Source: Zygnema circumcarinatum SAG 698-1b (lineage: Eukaryota; Plantae; Zygnematophyceae). From it: 64,000 nt of DNA. This document shows positions 12,219 through 24,768 of the stretch, in pieces. Every line of letters begins with the position of its first letter. Position 1 is the stretch's first letter. The DNA lies in NCBI GenBank assembly GCA_037447605.1, contig CM074817.1:620001-684000 (forward strand), read 5' to 3'. Made by a program: the position numbers and the translations under genes. The notes below the pieces were generated by a model that was given only the letters and a program-made list of their open reading frames with translations, was not told the DNA's origin and ran no database searches.

Positions 12219-15200
12219 ATGGCGGCGGAGACAGACACGGGCACGGACACGGACTCGGCCGGTAGGAACACGGGGCAGCAGGAGCAGGAGCAGGAGGAGG
12301 AGCAGGACCGGAGAGAGTGCGGAGAAGGCAGCAGGCCGCAGCGCCTGGCTTCGCTTGACATCTTTCGAGGACTCACTATGGCTGTACGCTCGTCGCAACC
12401 TGTCAAACAGCGCTTGCTTCTGCTCAGTCAAATTGTCGCAGCATGCCTTTAAATGAGCTGCTGACGACACACACACAAACGCGAGATGGAACGGTGTAAA
12501 GTTTCCGATACAAATTACGGGAAATTCGAGAGCTATGAATCATTCTCCCGACTACAAAAAAAAAAAAAATGAAAAATGCAAAAATGCAAATGCAAATGCA
12601 AATGAAAATGCAAAAAAAAAAAAAAAAAATGCAAATGCAAAAAAAAAAAAAATTCCAAAAAAAAGGAAAAAAGAAAAAAAATGTGAATGCGAATGGAAAT
12701 GCACTGAATGATAAATTTTTAATAGGACTACATTTCACAGCGGAAAGGATTATGACACACTCTCCACAGTGCCAAGCCGGGCCAGTTGTCGATTGCAAAG
12801 CACTTGGTTATTTTCGCATTTGGAAACTGAAGTACTTCAACTTGAGTCGAGCAGTTTCAAACGTTTCTTTATCTGCCTATGTTCCTATAACATGCAGACT
12901 GTTTTGCTTTCCAAAGGTTAACGTGTAAAAATGTCATGGTATTAATGATATTGTTTAAACGTTTCACAGACAATATCAGTTACGTGATTACCTGGTGTTC
13001 TTGCCGGCACAGATAATGATCCTCGTTGATGATGCTGGGGGGCATTTTCCAAAAATCAATCATGCACCGTGGCATGGGCTTCACTTGGCAGATTTTGTTG
13101 TTCCGTTTTTCTTATACATTGTCGGTGTAGCCATTGCCTTTTCGTACAAGGTGAGCAACAATGGATGCAGGAATAAGTGCAAGTTTGCTCAAGCTTGTTA
13201 TTGCACAGTAAATTTTGTATCTTGCAATTCTTTTTTAAATCCTGAACTGATCAAGTCCAGACTGTTGACTGAGTTGACATCATTACCTTGAAGTCCATTT
13301 TACAGTGCAGAACAGCTCATCGAGATAGCTACTTGTGGAACTGATGTCCCATAGTGGTAATTCTATTGGATGTTGTTGAGGGAAGTTGAGGGAGCACTTT
13401 CAGCCTTGGCGATTGCTCGAATGTATAAGAGGAATTTTGGGTTTGCACTTGTCACATACAGATAAACTACCAATGTTTCATCATACCTTAGATATGATTC
13501 ATATAATGCATAACGTGCAGTATTTGCCACCAGAGAAGCTTCGATTAATGCTATTCATTTGGGATAGGGTGCTCCGGCCAGGAGGGCTTGTTTGGATGGA
13601 TTTTCTTTACATGCAAGCAAGTGTGCTATCTAGTGACGCTAGTGCCACCACTTCTGCAGACTAATGTTGTTGTCGTATATCAGTAAAGTCGTCCTGAGTT
13701 TGGTGATACCTTGCGGGCAGAGCCGCCAGATGTGGCCATCGCAGCTGAGCCATGCGACTTCTGCTTTTGTGTTCTGCTTCTTCTTGAGGGCGTCGCCTGC
13801 TGCGTTCGCCTTTCTCTCATAGTAGTTGCGACGGTCGCCATGCAGAGGGTAAATGACTGGAAAGTCTCAGTCTTCAAGGTGGTGGCTCGCTCGTGTCGTT
13901 TATTTCTTCTTGGGTTACTATTACAAGGTATGTGCATCGTCCCATTTTGTCTTCGATATATCTGGCATCTGCTGAGATTGAAGAATCCACTCTTCGCCGA
14001 CAACGAGCAAGTCTTCTATACGTGCTGAGACATGAGAGAAGAATGTAACAGGGATTGGCATTTTTATGCTGTAGTAATAGCTCACAGACTTATCGTCTGG
14101 CTTTGTTGCATTTTAAGGGATTTGGATTTACCGAACGTAAAATCTAGTTGTGGTTTCTTGTCACAGGTCGATTCTTCCATGGCTCTGAGGATTTGAGCTT
14201 TGGAGTAAATGTTGCAAACTTTCGCTATTGTGGGATATTGCAGGTGAGGACTTGGCTTTCTTTAATCCCGTTAGATTTATCTTCGTCAAGAGTACCTGTC
14301 TCTATGGAATGGATTCTTCCCTTTTTTTTTTTTTTTTTTTTTTTTTTGAAAGCAAAGGCATGGTATCCTGTTAGGGATTGTTGGTAAAAGCGGAGCCTTG
14401 TGCACCGTAGGTGTGAAATTGTGGCACATTTGCTCCCCTGTGTCTGTAAAATTCGGTAGAGACATTCGGCTATCCTCGCCACGATGCCGCCCTCTCCTTA
14501 TAATGTCTTTGTGGGCAAGCTCGTAGGTAGATGGGCCATTTGATGAATAAGGAACCATTTACATCACAGAGAATCGCCATTGCTTTCTTCGTGGTGGCAC
14601 TTTCCGAAATTTTGGTTCGGAGTGGCAGTTCGCTTAAGCTTGTCCACTTTCAATGGTGAGCTCATGTATCTGTCACTTGAAAATTTTGACCTCCATTTGT
14701 AGTAAGTTTGCGAGCATCGATGGGCATCGGACTCCTCAGGGTTAGATTGAGTGCACGCATTGTAGCACATACCAAGGTATCTGCTAGCGGAGTTATAGAA
14801 ACAGTTTTGTTTTCACTGCCGTGTATCCTGTGTTCACCAACATTCTGGACCTCACTGTCTAGGATATCCTTTCTTCACAAGTTTGTTACACTGTCTGTTT
14901 GACTTCTCGTCTCACGTTTGAGATGCACGCTGCTTTCCGGGGCTATTCCCCCCTTTCTGCTTTTTATCTCTCTCTATCTCTCTCGCAACCTTCCCCTCCG
15001 CCGTCTCATCCTTCGCTTTCTCATGGCTGCTGCGCTCCACGCTCTCTTCTCTTTCTCTCCCTTTCCCCTGTCTCGTCTCAGCCTCTCCGTCTCCACTCTG
15101 GTCGCTTATTTCGAAAGGGACCTCGCAGAATCTGTCAGCTCTAAAGACATGCTATTTCAATTTTAGGCATCGGCGAGTCATGAAACACAATCCACGAGGG

Positions 15201-17995
15201 GCATTATGCCCTTCAAGGTTTTGTCTGCTTGTTTTCCTGACGAGTTTGTACAGGCCATCCGCCTTGTAACGCTCTGTCTGCGGCCGATGTGCTTGCAGGG
15301 CCGCCATGGGCGGCGCGGCGCTGACGTACCTATGGCTCGCGTACTTCACGATGGTGCCCGACTGGGAGGTCGACCTCCTTCCGACGCAAACTTTCATCAC
15401 TGTGTTTGCGACCAACTCTTCTCGAGCACTTTTCCAGAATAACAGGACTGCTTTGGTAAGCTTTCCTTAGAACTGGGTACGACTCGTTTTCCTCCTCTCA
15501 ACTATGGCTTTCCGTACTTGCTTCTATGTTCGTCGAGTCTAAAGGTATTATGCACAGGAGAATTTCTGGTGTTCTGGCGTGTTTGCATGGTGATGGATAA
15601 GCCCCTTTTTTTAGTTTTGTTTTCTTGCGATGTCCCTGTGATTGAAGACTTTATTTGATTCTTCCTTTGTTGTCCGACTGTTCCTTTTTGCCAGTAAGTT
15701 CCTCTTTCAGCAGATTTGTGAGTACAAATGACTTCCTCCCCTCTCCTGTGTTGTAGGTAAAGTGTGGCGTGAGAGGCGACCTCGGGCCGCCCTGCAATGC
15801 GGCGGGTCACATCGACCGGACGCTGCTCGGTGCGCCGCACCTCTACGGCAATGCCGCGTATCGTCGCACCGAGGTGCGTGCATGCACAGGACGGGGGTAA
15901 GCTTGCCTCTGCTTCAAATGTGCAAAAGATTCGCCTCTGCTGCAGTAGTGAGGGCCTTCGTTTCCCACTGCATGCAGCTGATGCAAGAGGCGATGGTTAA
16001 CCAAGTTAGTCTCTTCTTTGAATGTAAGGGACTCTCCGGCTTTATGCATTGGAACACTACTTGAAAGGGGCCTGTCGCACGAAAATGTCAGTTCCGCGGT
16101 TTGTGATGTGATGCAATGCATGCATTTGTACTACTGCGAATGCCTCCACTAATGCGTTTACACTATTAACCGGACGACGGCCCACCTCGCCAGTCTCACC
16201 TCCCACTGCGTGGCAATCTGCAGGCGTGCAGTGTGAACTCACCCGGATATGGGCCTCTTCCACACAATGCCCCTGTATGGTGCCAGTCTCCCTTTGATCC
16301 TGAAGGTCTCTTAAGGTTCCTCCTGTGAACTCGAACTATATGTTGCAATTAGCAGCATTGGAATTCAAATGATGTTGTTATCAAAATTAGCTTTTACAGT
16401 CACTGATCAATTCCTGTATGTGCTTTACTGATACTTCGCTTCCAACAGCACCCTTCCAGCAATTCTGTCCGCTTTTGGAGGACTCCTGCATGGCCGTCTG
16501 TTTCTTTCTCAGGAGGTAATGAGGCTCCTCCTTCCAGCTCACCTCCGGTATAGAGGGAGCACATCATTTTTTTCATTGCAAGCTTGTCTACAATGTACAT
16601 ATTACATGTACATTGTTTCGGACATCTTCTTTGTTGGTTTATGTCATGTTGTCTTTGAGAGACAAGTTTTGCGGTCCCAAAATGCCAAAAGAATTTGGTC
16701 GTGATGGGGATACCGATTTCACTTTTGTTGCAGAGAGTTGGAAACGGCATCCTCCGTGGCATCTATGTGCCCGTTCTGGTTTTGACCGTTGGATGGGCTC
16801 TACAGTTTCCCTTTCACTGGCATGTGAAGGGCGGGTTTCTGTTTAACTTCAATCTCACGTATCCTGGTGAGAAAGCTCCGTTCAAGTTCTTTCTAATTTG
16901 GATACTCCGTCTGCGTCAATATGCGAGAAAAGTGGTCTGAATCGGCTGGCAGTAGCTATTAGACTTTGTTTGTTTGCTTTCTTCTCGAGCCATTTTTTTT
17001 GCACATCCTGTACTTGCTCGGTTCTAGGTTGTTTAGAGTTGCACAGCCCCACAAGTCGTCTACAATAAGGCATGTGTACTTGTTCGCAGGTATGCCATTC
17101 AACAAGCCCCTATACACATTGACCTACATGCTGTTCACAGCTGGTGTGGCGGGACTTCTTCTATCCATTATCTACATCGTGGTGAGTCCAAGTCCTTCCA
17201 GAAATGTCACTAGAGTAGTCTGGAAACAACGGCACTTCACCAGCTTCAGATTTATTCTTGGTTATTTAAAAGTTTGTTTTTATTCACTTCCAAAGAGATT
17301 TGGCAGAGGGTGTATAAGAGACACATTGCAAGGGTCGAAGAAGCTGTGAGCTGCCAAAACGAGCTTTACAACACCTATAAAATACTGTCATGTGTATTCT
17401 GTGGGGTTTGACGTACGACGGTGCACGCGCATTGATTGTGCTCTTGCGTTCCATTGTTTTGTGTTTTTGAAGGCGGATGTGAAGGGAATAACGGCACCCA
17501 CAAAGCTGCTGGAACTGATGGGCAGAAACCCGCTGATCGTGTTTGTGTTTGGAGCTTCGGGCGTCTTTGAAGCGTTCCTCAGGGGGGTCTATTGGCGGGA
17601 CCCCAAGGCCAACTTAGTGAGTGCTGACGCTCCGCAGTTCCCCCCCCCCCCCCGTCCGCCCTCCTTCATACTCGGGGCCCTCTGCTGTTGGTACCACTGC
17701 TCGCCTACAGTTGTAACATGCGGCTGTCCTGTCTTGATGGAAAGCAAAAGGAGGTAAAGAAAGAGAATGGTTTTCTAAGCGATACCCGTGGCCAGAAAGA
17801 TTTTGGTTTGCGGCTAACTTAATGAAGTCAGTTTTGGCATGGTGTGGGATATAGGTGGACTTCGCGGAGGGCGTCTTTCGTGCGCTTATTCCTGTCGAGC
17901 GGTGGGCCAACCTGGCGGCTGTCGCTGCAAAGATAGCGCTCTGGTGCCTTGTGGCCGGAGCCTCGGCTGCAGGCGGATTTGTTTGGCGCCTGTAG
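12219..17995 (+). CDS. HGSNAT: Heparan-alpha-glucosaminide N-acetyltransferase (HGSNAT)-like multi-TM protein, 13 exons, about 496 aa
   Basis: Exons 12219-12383, 13013-13150, 13846-13927, 14167-14243, 14570-14655, 15299-15455, 15757-15873, 16224-16315, 16449-16515, 16734-16866 (donor uncertain), 17090-17181, 17473-17616, 17855-17995. Motifs RLASLDIFRGLTMA-IMILVDDAGG, HAPWHGLHLADFVVPFFLYIVG, GILQRIA, KCGVRGDLGPPCNA, PFDPEGLLS, GMPFNKPLYTLTY. Confidence 0.92.
12556..12700 (+). repeat. A-rich / ATGCAA(A) low-complexity tract in HGSNAT intron 1
   Basis: Poly-A runs interleaved with repeated atgcaa/aatgca units. Confidence 0.8.
13386..13664 (+). pseudogene. Orphan fragment of a plant class I SAM-dependent methyltransferase gene nested in HGSNAT intron 2
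   Basis: Translation RGILGLHLSHTDKLPMFHHTLDMIHIMH...PPEKLRLMLFIWDRVLRPGGLVWMDFLY resembles the RG..PL......RLPFFDNTLD.VH...D.DR.LRPGG..W.D motif of plant methyltransferase-29/11-type proteins. No start and no other exons found nearby. Confidence 0.6.
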
Positions 17996-18354
17996 TCAGG
18001 GCTGCGAGCCTCTAGAGGGCTCGCGCTGTTTCTTGGTCGTGTCGCTCAAGCCGTTGCTTCACTTGGTTCATGTCAGCGCGCCCTTCATATGGAGGTTAAT
18101 TTGGAGCAGATGTCTGCTTTGCGCGTACAAATTTACTTTTTGGTGTTTGCATTGCAGTCCTTAGCTGATTTTTCCAAGTCGACAAAGCGGGGCAGACTGC
18201 AGTTGAGCGTTGGTAGGCAGTCGGAGCAGGTTCAGTGGGCCCGTGGATACACGTGTCCTCGCCTGGAAGAATTCAGTGTATCCTACAAGGCAGCTGCAGG
18301 ACGCCTGCTTGTGATGAACACTTGACGGTTCACGGATATGAACACCTTTCGTTC

Positions 18355-18470
18355 ACGTGGTGTGGTGCGGTGTTACGTGGTGTTTGCTGTGGCTGCCCGT
18401 AGTGTGCTGTGCGACGTGGTGTTGTGTGCTGTGGTGTGCTGTTGTGTGGTGTGGTGTGGGTGGCGCGGTG
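18355..18470 (+). repeat. Degenerate GTGGTGT/GTGTG simple repeat between the HGSNAT and FUT 3' ends
   Basis: gtggtgtggtgcggtgttacgtggtgtt...gtgtggtgtggtgtgg tract. Confidence 0.7.
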
Positions 18471-19142
18471 TGCGTTACCCATCCTGCTCAGAGTGCAGCT
18501 CTGCGTTTATCCCTCGGATGGCAGTCATCAGACTGCACCTCCTCAGGTGCCACAGCTTCGGTAGCAGACGGGACCTGCCCTCTAAGGAATGTTGTCGCAA
18601 GGAGAAGCTGCATGCCCTACATCAGCTCATATAAATGCCTCCGTCTACTGCAGCTACTGCCTCCTCGTAACTCAAAACTGCAGCTCCGAATTCATCATTC
18701 GGATGGCAGTCCCCGTCTGCAGGGGGAGCTGCGCCGGAAATCCTGCAAACACGCATTGGGACAGGGTTTACCATCTGAGGGAGACTGCTGCGCTGTAGTG
18801 TGGTGTGTCGTAGTGACCTCCAGGAGCTGGAGGAGTCCGAACATTTACGACTCTGCTGGACGCGTTGCGGCACCTGGAAACCAACAGATTCACTCTTTGG
18901 CACTGGAGCGCGGAGGATGTTCGGAGGAGGCCGATGCATGGGCATCTCCAAAGCATGAGAACTTGAGAGCTAGAGCGAGGCACCAACCAAAAAAAAAAAA
19001 TGGAGTTTTATTAAGAAATGGAAACCGTGTTCACCCCCTGTACAAAAACTAGACCACGATTTCCAAAGGAATTGATTTGATAAAAAAAACATTTTGAAAA
19101 ACTTCTCCTTTCCACGGACCCTGAGTGCCTCTATTGGCGCCT

Positions 19143-22100
19143 TTACTCCTCGTCTCTCTCCTCGGTCGCCTCGGCGATCCGGTTGGAGCGCAGCAGCAGG
19201 CCCCGGCCGATGTTAAAGCACGAACCCACAAACTTGGAGAGGGTCGCCGGATCCACCGGCGGAAACATGCACTGCCCGCACCACACAGCCCGCGCGAGAA
19301 CAGCCTGAGCTCCTCGCCTCCAAGAAGACAAGAGCCCTCCTCTCTTCCTGCCCGCTCCCTCCCTCCCTCTTTGCCTCTCTCCCACCCTCCCACCCTCCCT
19401 CCCTGCCTGCTCTATCCCCTCCCTCTTTGCAACTCTCCACTAAGGATGGCCCACATAATAAAGTCGGACTTTTTACTTTATTACACCTTTAAAACATGTA
19501 ATAAAGTCTTAAGTTTTAGACTTTATTGACTTTATTATCTCCGTTTGAATTGAACGATTAAACTATTCGTTCGATCATATCCGTACAGTCATAGGGTTGT
19601 AAATTTCAAAATTAGGTCAGGTTAAGTTGGCGTTGGCATTGCGAAATGTGTGGCGCTGGTACGTACAGCCGTACAGCCGTACATTCGTAATAAAGTTATA
19701 ATAAGGTTATAATATACAGGCCGGACTCTATGGAAAATAGTATTTTCACAGCTTTTTTGTCTAGATACACACCCTTTTCGCTGGTCAGATTTTATTGGAG
19801 TGTTTTAGAGTATTTTTTGGGTATTTTGGGGGTTTTAAGGTGTGTATCTAGACAAAAAGGTGTGAAAATAGTAACGCCCGACTTTGTAACCCTAAAACAT
19901 AATATAATATAATATAGTGGCAATCGGGCCATCCCTACTTTCCACCCTCCCTCCCTGCCCGCTCCCTGCCTGCCTCCTCCCTGCCCGCTCCCTCCTTCCC
20001 TCCTCCCTCCCTCCCTCCCTGCGCGCTCCCTCCCTCCCTCTCTCCCTCTGTCGGCCTTCGCTGGTCGTACCGGGAGTCTCTCGGGCGGCACGAGGTAGCA
20101 GGGCTCCACCGCGCCCATGCTGCAGGCGGCGCGGCCGTTGGTCTTGTAGGAGGTGCCCGCCTTCCCGTCCGCGATGTTCATCTCGTACGGCCGCACGCCC
20201 GCCAACCCCGCCGCGATGTACCCAAAGGACGACCACTCGCTCGTCAGCAGCCGCTCGCTGCCGCCCCACAACCCCAACAAATGATTCGGTTACACCCAAC
20301 GTCCAAAAGAATCACAGTTGCTGAGGTCGGAGCTCCAATATAGTGAGGGACAATGGGAAAGCTATTTTCGTAAAAGCAGATCATACCAGTTTGGAAAAAA
20401 GAAACATTCGGATTAGCATTCCTATGGAGGTTTTCAATGCTTGTGGAGTTTTCAGATGGACGCAATTCATCTACAACGACAGAAACCATATTTCGCATAA
20501 AGCGGGAGTGGCAGAAGAAACCAATGGCTCCCACACACGCGTTACTCGAAACAACCGTTTCGGATGAACTGACCTGAAACTGAGCAGCCAAATCTCCACA
20601 AGGGCGCGCTCGTATTGGTTCTGATTGTTTTTTTGTTCGAACATGTCCGCACTTTCACTGCAGCAACTTAATTTCCATAACCACAGTCGCAGGCGTCTTC
20701 AGCGACAGTTTCTCAAGTAAAACACCGTAATGCGTTTAAGTTTGTCATGTTTTGAATATTTGGGTTCCGCAGCAATAGAATCTAACAGCAAAATCTGCAA
20801 CTTCCCGCGTATTTCAGAGGAATTTCTGATCCTTACAAGTGAAAGGTGACTACCGTTCCGTCCACCGTCTGCCCATCCGTAAAACTGCGCTTGAGATACT
20901 CGAAGTGGTGGAGCTGTAGTGACGTCACAAAAACGGCCACAGTTTTGGGTTGTGCCTTTGTGATTATTGGAGTGATGTCAAGGACCTTCTGATAGTCCCG
21001 CCCACCCAAATCCGTCTTAGTGAAGTGACGCAAGTTCATACCATTTCTCGGTATGACAAATTAGCTAGCAACAGAATGTACCTTCAGGGGAAGGACAGAA
21101 AGGCAACACAGGTATAGCCTCTCGGGCTTAATGAAATAGCATAAGCGAAGCGCATCGTACACCACAATAATGATCGAACGGAAAGCGCAACGGTGGTAGC
21201 TTTGCTCCTAGACTCTTCAGGGCTGAAGGGCATCTGGCAGGAAAATGGGGAACCTTTTGGAGAAGGTTGACCCAGTCCTCCTGCGGAATAATCTCCGGCA
21301 GATACTCCGAAATGTTTGTCGCGCACTGCAGCACTCTTGGCTCTGTCTCACGATCGTTATCATGGAATGTCCGAACCTGCAGTGAGGGGAACGGAGAAGA
21401 AGTGAGTGAGAGGGAGAAACACACGGAAAGTTGCCCTACGCCGCCGATCCCTGAGACCTACCACTCTCAGACTAACACCCCTCCGACTCATCGGAACCTG
21501 AACCCCTCAAACCCTGGACCCTACACCCTTAAGCCTACACCTTAACCCTTGCCCTACACCATCAACCCAATACTCTTTGAACCCTGCCCTGCCCTGCCCT
21601 GCCTCCTCCCGGCCCTTTACCTGAACCCCAACGCGCAGGTCGTGGCGGGCGAGGTAGCCGTGGTAGACGCGCGTGATGCGGTCCCATAGGTAGTTGTTAG
21701 GGTGCAGGAGAAACCGCGCCACACGTGTGAACACGAGCCCGTCCGGGAACAGTCGGAGCAGATCTGCCTGCACCCGCCCAGCCTCTGCTGGCGGTTATGT
21801 ACGGCTTTTTCCTCTTTATTCTTCAGGGGATGTGGGAACGATAGGGGAAAGGAATTATGAGGGAAGGTGTAATGGTGTTTGAAGTTTAGGGTTCTTTGCT
21901 TTGGGGGGTTCAGGTTCTTGAGGAAATCAGGGTTTGTACCCTGAACTGGGGGATGAGGTACAAGGCGGGAACCAAATATTCGTCCGTTTGGAAAAAGGCA
22001 AATGTGGCCGCTTGGATTGCCCTCTGCTCTCGCGGGCAGAAAAAATGCCAATCATCTTCATCGCAGCTGAGCCCAATAGAGGGGAAAAGATAAACCAACG

Positions 22101-24756
22101 AAGATGAAGTCATGGGGGTTATTAAGGTTTTCAGGTTTTTCGAAACTCTTCAGAGTTGTGAGGTAATTATGGAAGCCTTATAGCTTGTGACAATGAGCAA
22201 CAGAAAGCTCTGAAGTTTGTTGCGACTCCGTTAAATTTGACTTTAAATCTGCAGGAAACATATCATTATCATCATCACGAGCTGAGGTGGAAATCACTAT
22301 CTGAGGCTGAGCGGAGAAGCTCACTTGTATTTGAGGTTGATGTGAACAGATTTCAAGTATTCCTCAGTGCCGTTCTCAAAGTAGTTTCCGTATTCCTTCA
22401 CACGGGGAAACCAGCGAAAAGCGTTTGCCTTCATCCACCTGCAGCGCAGTCCACTCCATCTCTCACTTCAGTTTCTTTCTCTCCCTCTCCGCTTGTCCCT
22501 TTCTTTCTCTCAGCCCATTCCTCGCTTGGTTTGTAACTCTCTTATGACTCCTGGTAACATCCGACTCATCTCCCAGTTTAGATGAAAGGAGAAAGAGGGG
22601 AGAGCTAGGTAAGGAAGGGCAGCCATGGGGCGGAGGAGGGGGGGGTGGGGAGAGAGAGAGTACGTGTACTCCTTGGAGTCGAGGAGCCAGCTCGAGTCAG
22701 GCAGCGGGTCGCAGAGCAGCTTCGCGACACTTGTGGCGTTGTTCAAAAGGATGGCCCGCCCCGTGAGAACAGCATAAAGGAATGCTGAAGTCAGTGAGGC
22801 CAGCCGGTTGCCCAGCCCTGCAGGGTTTATAGCGTTTGAGTCAGGAGGGGAAAGTGGGGGTATGGCGAGGTAGCAGAAGAGAGAGAGAGAGAGAGAGAGG
22901 GAGGTGGAAGGAGGGAGGGAGAGACAAAAAGGGAGAGAGAAAACAAGGGGGAGGAGGGAAGAAGAGGAGGTAGGAAAGGTACAAGAGTCTTCGTGTGCTA
23001 AATGGAACAAGCAAAGACCATCCCAGGCGTGAAATCTTGAAGAATGCCTACTGACGATGGTGACGCCCATATTATACAAATAGCGTTCAAGCTATCCATT
23101 CATACGGTGCTGCTGGCCTCAGAAAGCTTACCTGCATAAGAGGGCGATACCCAAATCAAATACTTGCATCGCGAAATGTCGCTGCCAGGATCAACGCCTT
23201 TGAATTCGTCACTGCAGAAACATAAAAGAAATTGCGAGGGGTCAGGGAATGGGGGGAGGGAGAAACAAATTAATGGGCGGAGTGTGTGTGTGTGTGAGAG
23301 AGAGAAAGAGCGCACGGATTTTTGTAGAAGTCGATCCAGCTGCGGACAGGCTCAGTGCAGCGCCTGTGCATGACGGCGTATGCGTTCAGCCGCCTCGACA
23401 GCGCCCGTGAACGGGGGGTCGGAACCTGCCACATGTGCATGAATTGCGAGATGATGCCTCCCTCATGAGTCAACAGAGAAAGGTAGGAGAAATCACTATT
23501 GGCTATTGTGTATCCGCTCCGAGTAGCTTAAAAAAAATCATTGGCTTTCAAGTGGGTTCTTAGGGGTGTTGAGGATTTTTTCGACCCTTAAAGACCCTAA
23601 AACCCCTAAAAACTCGAGATTTATAATTTCTTGCAGATTCCACAACTTTAGTGCCTTTCTCGTGGGCTTCCGGAGTGTCAGAGTCTGTAAGGCTCTGAGA
23701 TTTCAAGGAGGTTTCTCACCTTGTAGTAGAGGTGCCCCTCCTGCTGACTCCAGCACTTATCTCCCACTCTCCGTTCCTTGTGCAAAGAGCGGTGCCGCTC
23801 TGTGCCCTCTTCCAAGAGCCGCCTCCTGCCTCCTACTCCGTTCGACGGAACCGCAAATTTTCCCAACTGCTGCGCAAGGAGCTGCTCTTCAATATCTGCA
23901 TTTCTGTTGTTGCCAGAATGTTCTGATTGCTTTGTATCTTTCAAAAACTGCCGCCACAGCAGAGCTATATCAGCTCCTAAAGAGCCAATTTGCATTTTTT
24001 TTAACAACATAGCTGCGTTTTCACGCGGATCAAACCTAAAACTTCTTGCTTGTGCGTTTAGAATGAGGTCGGGAACTGCCTCTTGGTCACTGTCAAGTTT
24101 AGGATTGCTACTTTGGTGCTTGAGATCTAGGACTTCCACGTAGGGGTTGCTATCACAGCTAGTGCTGATGGAAGAAGAGCGGTTTAAGCGACAATGTGAA
24201 TCTCCAAAACTTGTTTCCAGCTGCTGCAAAAAAGGAGAGCAAACATGGGGGGGGAGAAGAGAGAGAGCGAGTGAGAGAGAGAGAGAGAGTAAGAGAGGAA
24301 GAGAGGAGAATTACTTGCTAAAGGGAGCATGAATATGAATGTGAACGAGAATAAACTCATGAATTAGAGCACGTGCGGATATGCATATAGACATTGTACA
24401 AACTCCATGTATATTTTATGAACAATGTGCTGCCCGGATGCTAAGAGGGTACTTCCCCTCGAGAAGCAGCCACCTGCACCCCTGAACCCCTTAACCTAAC
24501 CCCCTCCCGCCCAGAGCCCCCCGGGGAGGCGCCAGCCCACCTCGACCCCGCCGGAGTGCGCGAGCGCGACAAGAGCTGCCACCGCCGCAAGCGCCAGGAG
24601 GATCGCGCGCCCTGCCACGTGGCACTTGCGCGGGGTTTTGCAGCAGCCATGGCTGCCTGCACGAGTTGGTGCTCCAGCAGCAGGGGGGGGGGGGAGAGGG
24701 CTGAGCGGAGGGAGGGGGAGGAGACGCGAAGGAGGAGGAGCGGGGGCGGATCCCAT
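19143..24756 (-). CDS. FUT: GT37 galactoside 2-alpha-L-fucosyltransferase (xyloglucan fucosyltransferase family), type II membrane protein, about 12-13 exons
   Basis: Exons 24756-24541, 24223-23768, 23425-23316, 23211-23132, 22817-22664, 22438-22325, 22066-21940, 21767-21621, 21376 to about 20837 (internal junctions unresolved), 20657-20574, 20257-20071, 19304-19143. Motifs CKYLIWVSPSYA-GLGNRLASLTSAFLYAVLTGR, FFCPREQ...TDEYLVPALYLIP, LHPNNYLWDRITRVY, VFVTSL, ALVEIWLLSFSERLLTSEWSSFGYIAAGLAGVRP, EPCYLVPP. Terminal VGSCFNIGRGLLL aligns with FUT1-type VRHCEDISWGLKL. Confidence 0.88.
19441..19937. mobile_element. hAT-type non-autonomous element (MITE), 497 bp, in the last FUT intron
   Basis: TIRs TAAGGATGGCCC / reverse complement TAGGGATGGCCC. 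8-bp flanks CTCTCCAC (19433-19440) and CTTTCCAC (19938-19945) match 7/8. Internal inverted repeat of about 30 bp at 19741-19772 / 19838-19870. No ORF. Confidence 0.75.
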
Positions 24757-24768
24757 GGAACAAGCTGC

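Noticed and set aside
12569-12928. ORF with MQMQ and poly-Lys
   Set aside because: Translation of an intronic A-rich simple repeat.
18488-18715. Diverged 35-bp duplicate (TGCAGCTC...TCGGATGGCAGTC) and minus-strand peptides DDCHPRD / GDCHPND
   Set aside because: Frames are interrupted by stops, no family recognised; at most decayed repeat or UTR sequence.
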